From NCBI RefSeq assembly GCF_008831285.2, contig NC_045138.2:31372001-31436000 (forward strand): a DNA stretch of 64,000 nt, read 5' to 3'. The DNA is from Nymphaea colorata. Taxonomy: Eukaryota. Positions 1 through 12,815 of the stretch are shown here, one piece after another. The notes beneath the pieces are model-generated. The model had not been told where the DNA came from. It saw only the letters and a list, made by a program, of their open reading frames with translations, and did no database searches. Numbering within the stretch: the stretch's first letter is position 1; the number at the start of each line of letters is the position of its first letter. Made by a program: the position numbers and the translations under genes.

Positions 1-3000
1 TATTTTCTTCACGGGTTTGGGTAGTCAATTCCATCTATTCATGGCATATCAACTAAAATTTTCTATTATTTCATATCATAGCAAAAGATTTTATGACAAT
101 AAAGCTTAACAAATGGTAGGTTTATTTTTGTGAAACATTTGTTCTCCTATAAAGTCAAAAAAACAGATGTATAAATTTATGGGGTCCTCCTTGCAGGTGT
201 TTGATAGGCAACAGTTTTTCACGGGGATGTTGATCATCTGGTGACACTGTGACAGCTGCTATTTTAAATTCTTTATGTATCTTGGAGAACCATGCTGTAG
301 CTTTGCTTGCCAGCTTAGATTCTGCTTCCACTGGTTTAAGGGAAGAGTGCAGCTACAAAGCAAAGTAAGAACTGGAGGTTATCCAGCATTTTTGTGACAG
401 GTATTTGGCCTTATTAATTTGCAGATGGACATAGATTTTACCATCCAATTGTGCTCATTCAAGCTCTCCTCCCCTTTGTTGTGTCCAGTTTCAAAGGTTT
501 CCTCAATGATCTGACATGAACAGATGATATGAATAGAAATTCCATTCTTTGATGTTCCTTTTTTATTTTTAATTTTATTGGAGGCAAGGATTTTTCATAT
601 GAAAGAAAGGAAAAAAAGAAAAGGAATCTGGACAGTTACCAAAAAGAGTAAGAAACTGAATGGTAGAAACTTCTGGAAAAAAAATAGACTTGTGTGATGG
701 GCCATTAGATGTCATGAAGTGAACCTTGGCACCAGATGTATCCTTTAAATGTACACTGGATGTATCCTTTAAATGTCAAAGGGTTTTGCTAGATAGAGTT
801 TAAAATTAAATTTAGTAAAAATCCTTTTTTATTGCCAAAACTTGGTGTAGCTTGTGTAGGTTACATGCTTGGAAGGCCAAAAGTTGCAACACCTTTTCTG
901 TGTTGTGGTAAGGTATCTCACATTTCTGACAAGTCAGTCTTATTAGAAAAGGTTGATACGTTTAGTCATTTGTTCGATACAAGAACTCGGAATGTGTGTG
1001 ATGTGCATCTTGACATGGAGAGAAGTCAGAATCGTAGTCCATCTGCTGTAGTCTAAGGTCAATCTACTGATCTTGTGGCATTTATCCTGTTTATCATGGT
1101 CTTGCCTAATATTATCTTCTATGAGTAATAATTTCACGTATGTGGTTTGGCATTCATCTTCTAGTTGTTAGTCAGTTGTGTTTTGTTTGTCAACGATTGA
1201 TGATGCTAAAATTATGTGTTCAGTTTTTAATATTTGAATCCAGGTTTGTTCTATCCTGTTATGTAATCTTATGAAGGTGTAATTTTGTGTTTTATTTTTT
1301 ATTTTGCTGACTTTTTCGTGAATGAAGAGTTAACAAATGGTAATTGTCTGAGAGAATCATTCTGCAAATTTCACTTATAAATTTTCACTATGCAAAGAAC
1401 ATGACCAGCTTCAAAATTTCAAACTCTTTTCTGATTCTGCTCTAAGTTATGCAAGAGCACAAACCCGTGTGTGTGTGTATCGTCCTGGAGTCTGAAAGTA
1501 GGCCTAGTTTCTTCTTACCCAAGGACCGGTTGAGAAGTGTTGTGGTGAACTAAATGTGGATGAGTATCACAATTTGGGGTTTGGGTTGATGCATTTTCTC
1601 CATATTGATTGGACTTATATCCAAAGGTGTTGGCAGACAATGAACATCTGAAAATATTGTGATGGAGGTCATGATGCTTCATCATTTCAATCAAAACATG
1701 ATATCTTTAGCATGGTTTATTTTCTGAGAATTGGACCTTGATTATTTTACATAATGTGAAAAACATGTTTTTTCTTAATCATGAGTTTTGATGAGCTATG
1801 TACTCTTTGACTTCAAACGTTTTTTGAAATGCATGCTTGTCTTTCACATGTATATGGTCCACAATCAATATGATGCCTACTCTACAAAAATTCGTGATCA
1901 AAACATGGAAATCATTGGTGTTTTTTTGCTGGGCATTTTTATGCCTTCGTTAGTTATAAGTTATAACTTGAATGGCACAAAGATCCCAGGGGCCAACTAG
2001 ATATCTATTATCTAAATACATGGCAGTATCTTTCAAGTGAAGTGGAGTTTCGTGCTTCTAAAATAATTTCAAGAAGTTGTAGCATGTATAGAATAGCTAT
2101 ACGTAATTTCTGTTTCTTAAGTAACTGATCAATTCCAAGTCGTTGATTCCTTTCTGCTTCACAGTCAGATTATTCTCTTTATGCTACTTTTTTCTGTGGT
2201 AGATGGTGCATTGAGCATATTTGAGTGGTGGAATAGGTTGTATATTGTTGGAAGAAGTGACTGGTATGGATATGATAGAGACATCGTCTGGCAGATGGAT
2301 CCATTGATTCTGATTGTGGACGATTTCATGTAAACAATAATAAAAGTGAAATAGCAAATAAAAGTGGTCACTGTCAAGCTGGATTCATGGTACCCAATTT
2401 CAGGCACATAAATGATTTGCTTAGATCATACTGTTGGTTAGTTCCACTGTAACACTTGTTCCTACAGAATAATGCATGGTTGGGATCTAGGGCTAATGGG
2501 TTCTGGAAACGCAGTTGACGTAGTAGGTTGTTTATTTATCTTTTTACTTAGAAATTCACAAAATTAGTCCTGTAACATCGACTGGGTCAGATGTTTGACA
2601 GAAATGTCAATTGGATACAATCCATGGGATTCCTTATGGCAAATTGTAGGCATATATGTAAATAGAGCTTGGAGTTTTGTATTGGTGTAATCAGGGGATA
2701 TACTCAATCTAAGCTGATGTCCTGAATTGAAAATTTGTCACACAGCCAGAACTCGATGGACGCATGGTTGCTGTTGGGTCTAATTTCTCAATGCAGTTGA
2801 AAGGTGGAAGTACATATAGAATATGGCTTATTTGTACTCAAAACTTACCTTCTATCTCCAACCTGTTTTAAAACTGCAGTTACCCAAGCCTGAACCTATT
2901 TAACTCTACTTGAACCTGGGTCTATTGAAAACTCATCTTGATTTGGACACTAATACCGTATGAGTATAGTTTTCTAGATATATGTAGTTGTTAGTTTTGA

Positions 3001-3409
3001 AGATTATCATTGTAGCATGCGTTAGACTGGTGAATTTGATGAAATTTTCATTTTATAAATGTACATGGTTATGTTTGTAATGGTTATTGTTAAACCACAA
3101 GCCGACTTGAACAAAATTTATTGTATCTGATTTACAGTTGATTATTGATCCATGGTTGCTACTACTTATGGTTTCTCCCATTGGGCCTGAAGCCTTCACA
3201 CGCAAATATGTCCTTTCAAAAGTGCAGATCCCACATATTTGACTCTGCATAGGCAAAAACTCTAGGAAGAGCACAAAAAGTGGCTTGTACATGAATCCGA
3301 TTGCAAAATTCTTGTTACCTAGAATAAGCAGAGCTGGAGTTCTCAGTGAAACCTAACACTCGGCTTTCCATGCTAAATCTAGGCTTTATGGCTGGTAATA
3401 CTTGATTAA

Positions 3410-6400
3410 TCATGGCTGTAGCTGTACTTTCAGCGCAATGGACAAAATTGCCTCATCTACAGTTAGGTACAGGCAGTCTGACCCAATTGCTGCCAATGAA
3501 TCTGAATCCTGCAGTTTCTCCATCACTTCTCCAATGGGATTCACTAGCAGTAGCTGTAGCACATAAAATAATTCTTGTCAATGTTTGCCCATGTATAGAG
3601 TAAACAAGTTTTTTAACTACTTACAGTTATTGATTGGTTCTCTAGTGTCCTTTTCAGTTCTGTTAGCATGCCAAGGCCGCTAGTGTCAATAGCTGTTACG
3701 GCTGCAATATAACAAGAAATTCCATTTAATACAAGATTTCCAAAAAAAACTGTACCTTTTGAGCCCATAATAACTAAAACGCCCATTTAGACCTAACCTT
3801 GTATCCGTAGTTAGTGAATAAGTGATTATGAACAGTACTTTTAATGGGTGATCTGGATTTACTCTAAAATGTACGTCTAAGTTTAATTACTTTTGGATGG
3901 GAGGAGGGGAGAGGGAGAGCAAGCCCTATCAGATGATTAACCTTATTGAATTCACCACTTTCAAAGCTTGTTGGTTTCTATCTTTGCTGACTGAAACGAT
4001 ATTGCGTAACAGCAGGATGGTTGTACTGATTCGGTGGTGTTCACAATTGGTCAAATTTGGGACTGGACGACCTGGATTGTGCATTTACTGCAGTGCAACG
4101 CTGAATTAAGATTGCTTCTGCGCACACAATCCTCAAATGGGATATTAGGGAGGCGTTGCTACAGAATGGAATTACAAAATTCAATGTTGGCAATTGATAC
4201 GCCCTAGGAGAAATCGATTTCAATTTCGAAAGCAACATGATTCTATACAGGCTTCTAACTCAACGGTAGCTTTACGTTGAACATACCTGTCATCTCCAGG
4301 ATCAAGTACTTGAGAATGTTCTCCCTCCTTGCTTTAATTCGCTCTTGTTCTTCGCGCACCCACCTCAAAACCCTGCAAATTCATCCATAAACACATTAGC
4401 ACGGCAGAGCAAAGACAAGCTTATTTGATGAATGACCAAAGAGTTAAAAACTTAAGTCACGACGGAACACCAGTTTGATTCGCGGTTTGGTTACTTTTTT
4501 CAGTGGTTACTATTAATCGGACAGCTAGAGTCATCTGACAGGCATCTACCAACTTGAGCGGATCATGTAATGATCCAGGGTTTTTTCATTTTAACTTATA
4601 CAGAACTTTAAAATTTTTTATGCTCACCTCTCGTGCAAGTAATTGGCATTAGCAAAATAAATCGGTGATTCGATTCCGACGATGAGGCATGACGGAATTC
4701 TCTTAGCTTCAGGGTATTGCATGAAGTTACGGTAGATCTTTGTGCCTGGCACGTTCCCTAGAGTGGCTGTGTTGGGTCTCGTTACATGCAACAGGATCTT
4801 GAACACTGATATTCCGACCTGCAAATTCATGCATGAGCAACAGGAGGACGTGACAGAAATAGTCGATTGAACTTTTTAGATGCCAAGTTGATCATCACTT
4901 ACTGCTAGGCTGAGACCGCCCTGAACTGAGAAGAAGAGCACACCAAGAAATGCAGTCATGCAAGCCAAGAAATCAAGCTTGTCGACCTTCCATAGGCGGC
5001 CCATTGTCCTGAAGTCGATCAGTCCAATCACTGCTGTGATTATGATTCCTGCCAAGATCAAGTTTGGTGTGTAGTAAAAGAGTGGCATGAGGAACAGCAG
5101 AGTGACCAAGACTGTTGATGCCATAACTATATTTGAAACTGCTGTTTTAGATCCGGAATTGTAGTTCACAGCTGAACGAGAAAAGGATCCTGTAAATTAG
5201 AAACGCAGCATGGAGTTCAGACCTTTAAACACATAATTTCTTTGGATTATGATATTTTGTGCAGCGAGATTATAAAATATTTACTGGAAATTCCAAACGA
5301 GTGGAGATATCAAAATGCCAACATCAAGAATCAGCTCGAGTATCACCTGTAGTAACGTAGCATGAACAGCAAGAACCAGCCATGTTCATCAGCCCTATAG
5401 CCATCATCTCTTTGTTTCCATCAATGTGATATTTCTTCAAGGAAGCAAAAGTTCTTCCAACAGCAATTCCTTCCTGCAGTATCAGTGAACGCGCACATGA
5501 CCAACAGCATACATAATAAAAGGAATAATCTTTGGTTTATAATTTAGGTGCTGAATTTGATGCTGTTGTATAATGCTGAACATAGTTATTTTTCCCTCCA
5601 AGTACGTGGACTGTTCTAGTAGAGAAATTTGGCATCCTTCGGCACTGTTAAAAATTGCTATCTGAAAGATGGCAATAGATTTTTGGGTTGCAAAAATATT
5701 GCTTGGAAGCTGTTTCAGACTCTGGTTGTGTCTACTATTAATAAATAAAAAAGAATCTTATTATTAGCTGCTTCGTTGGCAGCAACAAAGATGAGATGCT
5801 TTATTATGCTTACAGTGAGAGACAGTATGCCGGTAACAATGCCTGTTTTTATTGCAAGACCAAGTAGCGGACCCCGGAAGTAAAGCAAATTCGCTGAAGG
5901 TGGATTTAACCCCTCATCCAAATGTCCAATCTGTTCACCGGGAGAGCAAGGATTAAATACTAACATTAGCAGCAACAAAAGCAATAATAACTAGCAAGAC
6001 AGAGTAACTATACTTACTATCTGTATTCCATGATTCTGAGCTTTGAAAATGAAAACCAACAAGGTTGATGAGACCACAGAGGCTAAAGGGGCTGCTGCTG
6101 ACACCCAGAACAGCTTTGGCTTTCTCAAGCTCTGAGAGAGAAAGAGAGAGAGATAAGATGATGCCAATAGGTCACTTAGAGGACCAGGGTCCAAGAAGTA
6201 CACTTACAATATGCCTTGCAGTTAGCAAGAGGAGCAGAAAGCAGGCACCCATAAGGATAGTTTGCCACTCCCACTGCATTGAATTAAAAACAAAAGGAAA
6301 AAAAGGAACACTTAAACGTTAAAAGTGAGTTGCACAGTTCCACCAACAAAAAACTCTCTAAGACAGCTAATAAAGAACATGCATTGCATTAGAATATATT

Positions 6401-6769
6401 CTTCCCCTAAAATTTGAAGGAAACAACCTGAAACGCTCCCTTTAGTATTTTTGGAAAGCGTAATCAGCCCCCTATAAAATTTATGATTCTGTCCCTAAGC
6501 TCCATATGTTCATGAAGGAAAAAAGAAAAAAGTAATGTTGGAAGAAAAAGAGCACAGTCTAAAACATGGGACATAAAATGCAACCGATCGAACCCATTAA
6601 TGGTAAAAATTGAACGGCTCTTAGACCATCAAAATTTTGATAGTATAAAGATCAATTATTTTTACAAAAATGATTTGAACTAATGCATGTTTTATATCAA
6701 ATTAGTGTTTAGAAACACATTAAAATGTTCACATTTGGTTTAAAACATTTTTTAACATGAATTTAAGAG

Positions 6770-6825
<56 letters not shown>

Positions 6826-7750
6826 TGTTAGGATTAGACTATCTTACCTCATCTCTCCGCTTGACGACGGATTGGACGACCGGGACAATGTTCATCTGCG
6901 GGGCGAAATGAACAATTCCAAGCAGACCCTTGAGCTGTTGAAGGGAAACGATGATGGCTGCCCCTGCCATGAACCCCACTAGTGTTGGCCTCGACAAGAA
7001 ATCCACTATGAACCCCAGCCTGCACCCATTACACCAAAAACCTCTTTCAATTCTCTCTCTAAGTTTCTTTTTTTTTTCCTTCAAAATTAAATGTTTCGAT
7101 GAGGAAAACGAAGCCAAGACTCCCAACCCAGGCTGTTTCTACTTGTTTCCACGGGAATCAAAATAGAGACTGGCCTTCTACTCAGTCACTGATCCATAGA
7201 ATTCACATTAATTCTACACGGTTACTTTAATAACTGAGTGAAAAGTGCAAAACATTAATGTAATGCAGAACAAATGCAAGTCCAAATTTTTGAAATCTGG
7301 ATTTAGATCCGTATGAACAAATCTATTTCTGAGTTTCCATTGTTTAGAGAGATCCTCAAACTTTACTTTTCCAAAATTGTCGGCACTTTCAGCATGATAA
7401 AAAAAAGAAGAAAAACCGGTGGAAATTTTGAGCTCTTAATAATCCTAATGCACAGATTCACAATCAAACTCGATTTACTACGCATCCGGGAGGCCCAACA
7501 CAGGAGTAGCACAACTTGACCTTTTTTAGATTATTTAATGTGCATAACATCCTTAATTTTTACATTTTCAGAGAAGAAATAAGAGCTCTTAAGACGTATT
7601 TGTTATATATTGCATAACTCTTTGCTGCAATTCTCCCCAGGCCATAGGGGCGGCACTTGAAATTACTTTTTGAAAATAATAGATTAAAAAGGTCAACTTC
7701 GGTAAACACCTTTTTGATCGGAAAACTGTGATCCGCTCATATATATATAT

Positions 7751-7801
<51 letters not shown>

Positions 7802-8166
7802 GAAACCCTTTGGAAAAGAAAGACAGCAAGTGAGACCCAACACTAACATGCACAAGAACACCATGGAAAAGTTCTGACAGTAGAACAGACAGCAAGGCAA
7901 GATTGAGATTTGATTTAGAATCGTCAACTTTGACACTGTATATACATTCTACTCTTGCTACTTACTCTATACTTTTTGAAATATATAATATATATGGACC
8001 CACCTCGGCTGAGTGCAGTAGGTCCACAATGGCACCTCGAAGGCACAAGGCAGGCTCCTGCAAGTGGGGATTTGATCCCTCACTTTTTTACGTTGAGAGC
8101 GACACGGAGCACTTTGTTTGAATTTAATTTCATCGGGAACGAATCTATTTTATTTAAGTTATCGAA

Positions 8167-8213
<47 letters not shown>

Positions 8214-9966
8214 AATGCTGCATGTGTGCTTGCCATAAGGCATAATATGCACATATGTGAAGCACATCTGTCTTCGCATGGTAACTTGCCCTACGCTGGT
8301 CTTGGAATAAAGTAGTCCTCTGATGTCATGCATGATAATGATAGCCAGATCATGCATCATGAACATGATCATGGGAAAAGTACAGAAAATAGAAGCTGCC
8401 ACTGTTAGTCCAAGAAGGAGGAGGAGGAGAATATGGAGTATCATGACCTGAGAAAGCCCAAGGATGCCTGGAAGATGCCGGCAAAGAAGGTGGCGGTGAA
8501 GGCCAACTGGAGGAAGAGCAGCGGCTGGTGGGTTGGGGAAACCGCCTCCCTGAGCATGGACCCCATCACCAGTGACGCGATCGACACCGGCCCCACTGCC
8601 AGATCCCTGGAGCTTCCCAGCACTGCGTAAATCAATGGTGGCACGAAGCTCGAATCTGCACGCACCCATAAAAACAACCGTGCCTCATTACTCCAAAGCT
8701 GCAATTCCTCTTTCCACACATACACGCAGAGGCAGGCACACACACAGATTATCTTGGTATAACAGGAACCCGATTTTCATTTCAGCTTGTGGATGTACAA
8801 ATTATGCTACATCCACTATGCAATATTTACTATGTGAACACGCCTATTTGACGAACATATTAGAAGGAAAGGATGAGCTTGCATGAACTTGATGTGGTTA
8901 ATGGTTGGGACTTGGTACTAAGATGTTCCTGTCAATTGTCATGACCTTCACGGATGGAGGTCATGTGCTCTGGCCGAGTATGGGCATGTAGTATGATGCT
9001 CCTCTCAGTGTGTACCTGTCTACTACTCGGCAAGGTAATAACCTGATTCTATGATTTCGATCCAAGATTTTAATCTTGCTGCTGCCAAATGCTACCTGAG
9101 TGAAGAATATGGGAACTCATCCCCTTCAGCCCCATGCTTCTTGCTTAAAAAACAAGACTTTAAGGTTTTCGCCTTAGGATCTTCCAAACTTTGATTTGGG
9201 TGTTCAAGAGGAAGAGTGAATCCTGAGATTTTCCTTTTCCTTTTTATTTTAAGAAATAGCAGAGGAATCTGTGAGTTTGGAAGTTTAAATGTATTGGTTC
9301 TGTTCTTTTTTTTTTCCTTTTTGGCTTTTGTGAAGGCAACAAAAAAAAAAAAAAAGAATTTGTAGGGGTTGCAAGGAGCAGTGTGTATATGCATGCATGC
9401 ATGCATGCATGCACAGAAGATCTGTGATCTACTTACAGAGTCCAATTATAGGAGGCAAATTTGCAAGCTTCGCATAGCTGATCCCCTGCATAATAAAAGG
9501 AACAAAGTGATAAATAAACTCAAACGGGCACTGAAAACAACTCTAGAATGGGAAAAGAAAGAACGAATGATCGCAGTGAAGTGGGTCGGTTTCAGTATTT
9601 GACCTGAGGAATTGCCAAGCTAGCAATAGTGAGGCCTGAGACGATATCAGACTTGAAAAGGGAGAGGCTGTAGGTGGGTGCCCATTGAAGGATTGGGAAG
9701 AAGTACTGGAGAGCCAGAACCGCCTTCCTCAGCCTGCTCTGGTTCTTGAACTGATGGAAGGGATCATCGGGGAAGAATGTCTCCGAGAAGCCATGCCTCA
9801 GCCTCTGGAAGGCCGTCTGGGAAAGGGGGAGGCACACTTTGTGGGGATCTGTGGAGGGCGAGGAGGCAGGCATCGGTACAGGAAAGGTTGCTGCTGCTGC
9901 TGCTACTGCTTCGTCAAACACAGGAATGGAGGTGAAATCCTCCACTCTATTGGAGTTACCCACCAT
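3410..9966 (-). CDS. SULTR3;4: Group-3 sulfate transporter (SLC26/SulP plus STAS domain), SULTR3;4-like; 13 exons, 666 aa
   Basis: Exons on minus: 9966-9604, 9485-9437, 8655-8448, 7019-6848, 6273-6208, 6131-6018, 5930-5814, 5473-5347, 5189-4903, 4818-4628, 4372-4287, 3701-3625, 3553-3410. All introns are GT-AG and the total is 2001 nt, in frame. Motifs: [93 protein letters not shown] (STAS), ending LQP*. The subgroup is assigned from recalled similarity to SULTR3;4/3;3 proteins. Confidence 0.93.
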
Positions 9967-9997
9967 TCTCTCTCTCTCCCCCCTTCTCTTTCTGCCT

Positions 9998-10005
9998 GAA
10001 TATTC
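9998..10005. promoter_or_regulatory. P1BS (PHR1-binding site, GNATATNC) match in the SULTR3;4 leader
   Basis: Palindromic GAATATTC about 30 nt upstream of the ATG. The motif is short, so a chance match is possible. Confidence 0.4.
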
Positions 10006-10083
10006 GAGGCAGAGGCTGAGAAATAGAGAGGGTGAGTGAGAGATGAGAGGCAGGGGTGGAGAAGAAGAGGGTGGCGACGAAGA

Positions 10084-10091
10084 ATTTATAG
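10084..10091 (-). promoter_or_regulatory. Probable TATA box of the SULTR3;4-like gene
   Basis: CTATAAAT on the minus strand about 120 nt upstream of the ATG, followed by a CT-rich leader. Confidence 0.55.
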
Positions 10092-11202
10092 AGAAGGGGT
10101 TAACAAGGCAGGGACCGGTCAAGCCAAGAGCGTTGCGGTGGTTGATTTTAGTGGGAGGGGCGTGGTGGCTATAGTTTGAGAACATTTTTTCCCCCTAATA
10201 TTTGTATGCTGAGTCGCTTATTTACTTTCTTACATCACAATAATAACAATAATAATAATAATAACAACAACAACATATTATAAAATGAACCAATTAATAG
10301 TTGAATATAATATTCATGTCTTAAGTGAATATAATGTGCCATCTTTCCTTTGTTTAGAGATGCTTCCATGCCTGGCACAAAGAGGTACGTCTCCATGTCA
10401 ATTGTCATGCATTTCCATGTACTTAACAAATAAGCTTTCATTATAAACAATTAAGGCCTTCATATAACTGACTGTCGACCCCTTAAAATCCATAGACTTC
10501 TGGGCATGGAAGTATTTCCCTTTATTGAATTTATTTAATTCTAACATGATTAAATGATGTAATTAGTAGCAAGGTGGTGTTTACGAGATTTGTTCTCCGA
10601 TTCTAATTAAGAGGAGTATTTTATTTTCCTGCATAATTGAGAGCCAAAACATCAGCCTTTTCCTCTCAACTTCTTGAAATATTTAGCCTGCTTTCGTGCT
10701 TCGAGGTAATGTTCTTGCCATGCTTCACTCTCTTTCAACCATAAAAAAAAAACTCAAAATGACATATAAAAACTCCAAACGAACATTGACTGCTTCCTAG
10801 TCCTGGACCTAACCTTCTTGTAATCAGATTTGAAGTTTGTTGACTTATGATCAGATTTCAAACAAAGTAATAAGCAATGGAAGAATAAGTTAATGGTAAC
10901 AATCATAAATTATGAGTAGAGGATATATTCTTTGTTATACCTAATAATAGAGAGATAGAATGGCTACATAACACTTGGTAGGTCCCACCAGCCATTCGAG
11001 AGAAAGCAAGGCCCCACCCACAGCAAGGACGCAACGTGGGGTCCACATGGATTTCGTTCGAAGCCTCCCAAGCGGACGGTGTGGAAGCAAAGAAGTGAGG
11101 CTTCTCCTCACCATTAATTCCCATGATTATCGACAAAACTTTCCCCCCACTACTTTGTTACCAACAAAGATCCAAATTAAATAACCTTACATAACCATGT
11201 CT

Positions 11203-11205
<3 letters not shown>

Positions 11206-11277
<72 letters not shown>
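11206..11277. repeat. Long (TA)n microsatellite; others at about 6770-6818, 7739-7794, 8169-8211, 23437-23475, 36130-36163 and 45904-45961
   Basis: Directly visible dinucleotide runs. Confidence 0.95.
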
Positions 11278-11281
<4 letters not shown>

Positions 11282-11621
11282 AGTTGGTAAAATAAGATCA
11301 CTTTGATAAGAAATAAAAACCCTTATTGAAATTAATTATTAAAATATTTTCATTGAAATCTAACCGATCTTAAGAGTTATTTGGTGGAGAAACATATAGT
11401 AAATTAGTCGCTTTTTTACTTAAATAATGTTTTTTTAATAGTACAAAATTGAATGGCTCTTATAATATCATAATTTTGGTAGTATAAGGATCATTTTTTT
11501 TTACAAAAGAAATTTGAACTAAATATTATTCATATTAAATTAGTGTTTATAAGCTCACTAAAAAGTTCATACTTTATTTAAAATATTTTTTACATGAATT
11601 TAAGTGGTTTGGAACCTAGCA
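11277..11621. mobile_element. Repeat inserted in a (TA)n microsatellite; partial second copy at about 6600-6770
   Basis: Flanked on both sides by (TA)n. 11446-11605 aligns with 6606-6768 (aaaattgaa.ggctctta...aattttg.tagtataa.gatca...atttgaacta...aaattagtgttta...catgaatttaag), which also abuts a (CA)n(TA)n tract. Confidence 0.6.
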
Positions 11622-12466
11622 TATATATATATATATATATATACAAACAAATGATTTCAAGTTAGTATCAAATACTTAATGCCATTAATACGACCTGGAT
11701 CGCGACTTAATTTATTCGTTAGGGATGATCCAGTTTAGAGAGATGAAAGGAAGAATTTGGATATTTTCAAAAAAGTGATACCATTATCACCTGTTCTGTA
11801 CATGTGAAGAGGGTCGATAATCGAAAGGGGGTGATGATGGAAACAATCGCAAACTGAAGATTTAGCAAACTGAAGATTTAAGTAAATTCATCAAACACTA
11901 TGTGAATCTGTCGTAAAGTTTGGAACAAATATACGGAACGGACGTTATTATAACCATTTCCAAATGACCCCTTAACAAACAAACGGAGTCCCGTTTGGCG
12001 GCACCTTATGATATATATTAGTATATTTTCAATTTAGAGGGACAAATAAATTGGATAGTTTTACATCAAGTGCATTTGTATATGTGAGAAAAGAGAGAGA
12101 ATGAGAGGAAAGCTGCTTTCTTAGCAAGCATATATGTATATAAATATTTTTTATATCGAATCAGAATAAAAGCGACCGCAAATATTCCAATCATCAAAAA
12201 GCTAAAGGGAGAAGAACTTGTACGTCCATCAACTCTCCCGTTTTCACGTACATGAACGCTGGCGTTTTTTTTGTTTTTGTTTTGTTTTTTTTTCCTTTTC
12301 CCATTTTATCTGTATAAGTGGCATTTTTTCACTTGTTGCCACTTTTTCTATCATGGTCTTTTGGGGCAGCACCGGAACACTTTCTCTGGTTTGGGGTCAT
12401 TTTAGTCATTCTAAGAAGCTGAGCACTTTCATTCTGCTCAGGCCTCAGCTCACCATTATATGTTCA

Positions 12467-12815
12467 TAGGGCTCCACACAACCTTGGAGCTGACCAGCTT
12501 GAGCTCGGCTCGACTTGAAAAACTCAAGCTTGAGCTCGGCCCGACAATATAGCATCGAGCTCAAGCACAACTCATTTAACTCATTTCTATTACGCATGTC
12601 ATGTTCTTTTAACTCATTAACTAGTTTAGTTGCTACTTGTTTAACTATTTTTTTGTTACATTTCAGGATTCATTATGTATTCGAGCTGAGTCGAGTTCTC
12701 ACAAATCGAGCTCGACTCGTTCAACATTTTGAGCATAAATTTGAACTCCGAGCTCAACTCAGTTATAAGTTGAGTTTTGACAAGCGAGTGCAAGTAGAGC
12801 TTGAGCTTCTCTAGT
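12467..12815. mobile_element. MITE family C with repeated gagctcgactcg subterminal motifs
   Basis: Many (c)gagctcg(a/g)ctcg motifs; colinear with 18006-18405 (aactcatttaactcattt, aacatttt...taaattt). Confidence 0.65.

Noticed and set aside
7955..8315. ORFs with IYIYIY runs (also at 23280-23548)
   Set aside because: Translations of (TA)n microsatellites.
8211..8886. Overlapping ORFs of 152, 104 and 65 aa around SULTR3;4 exon 3
   Set aside because: Alternative-frame or antisense shadows of a GC-rich exon plus intron sequence.
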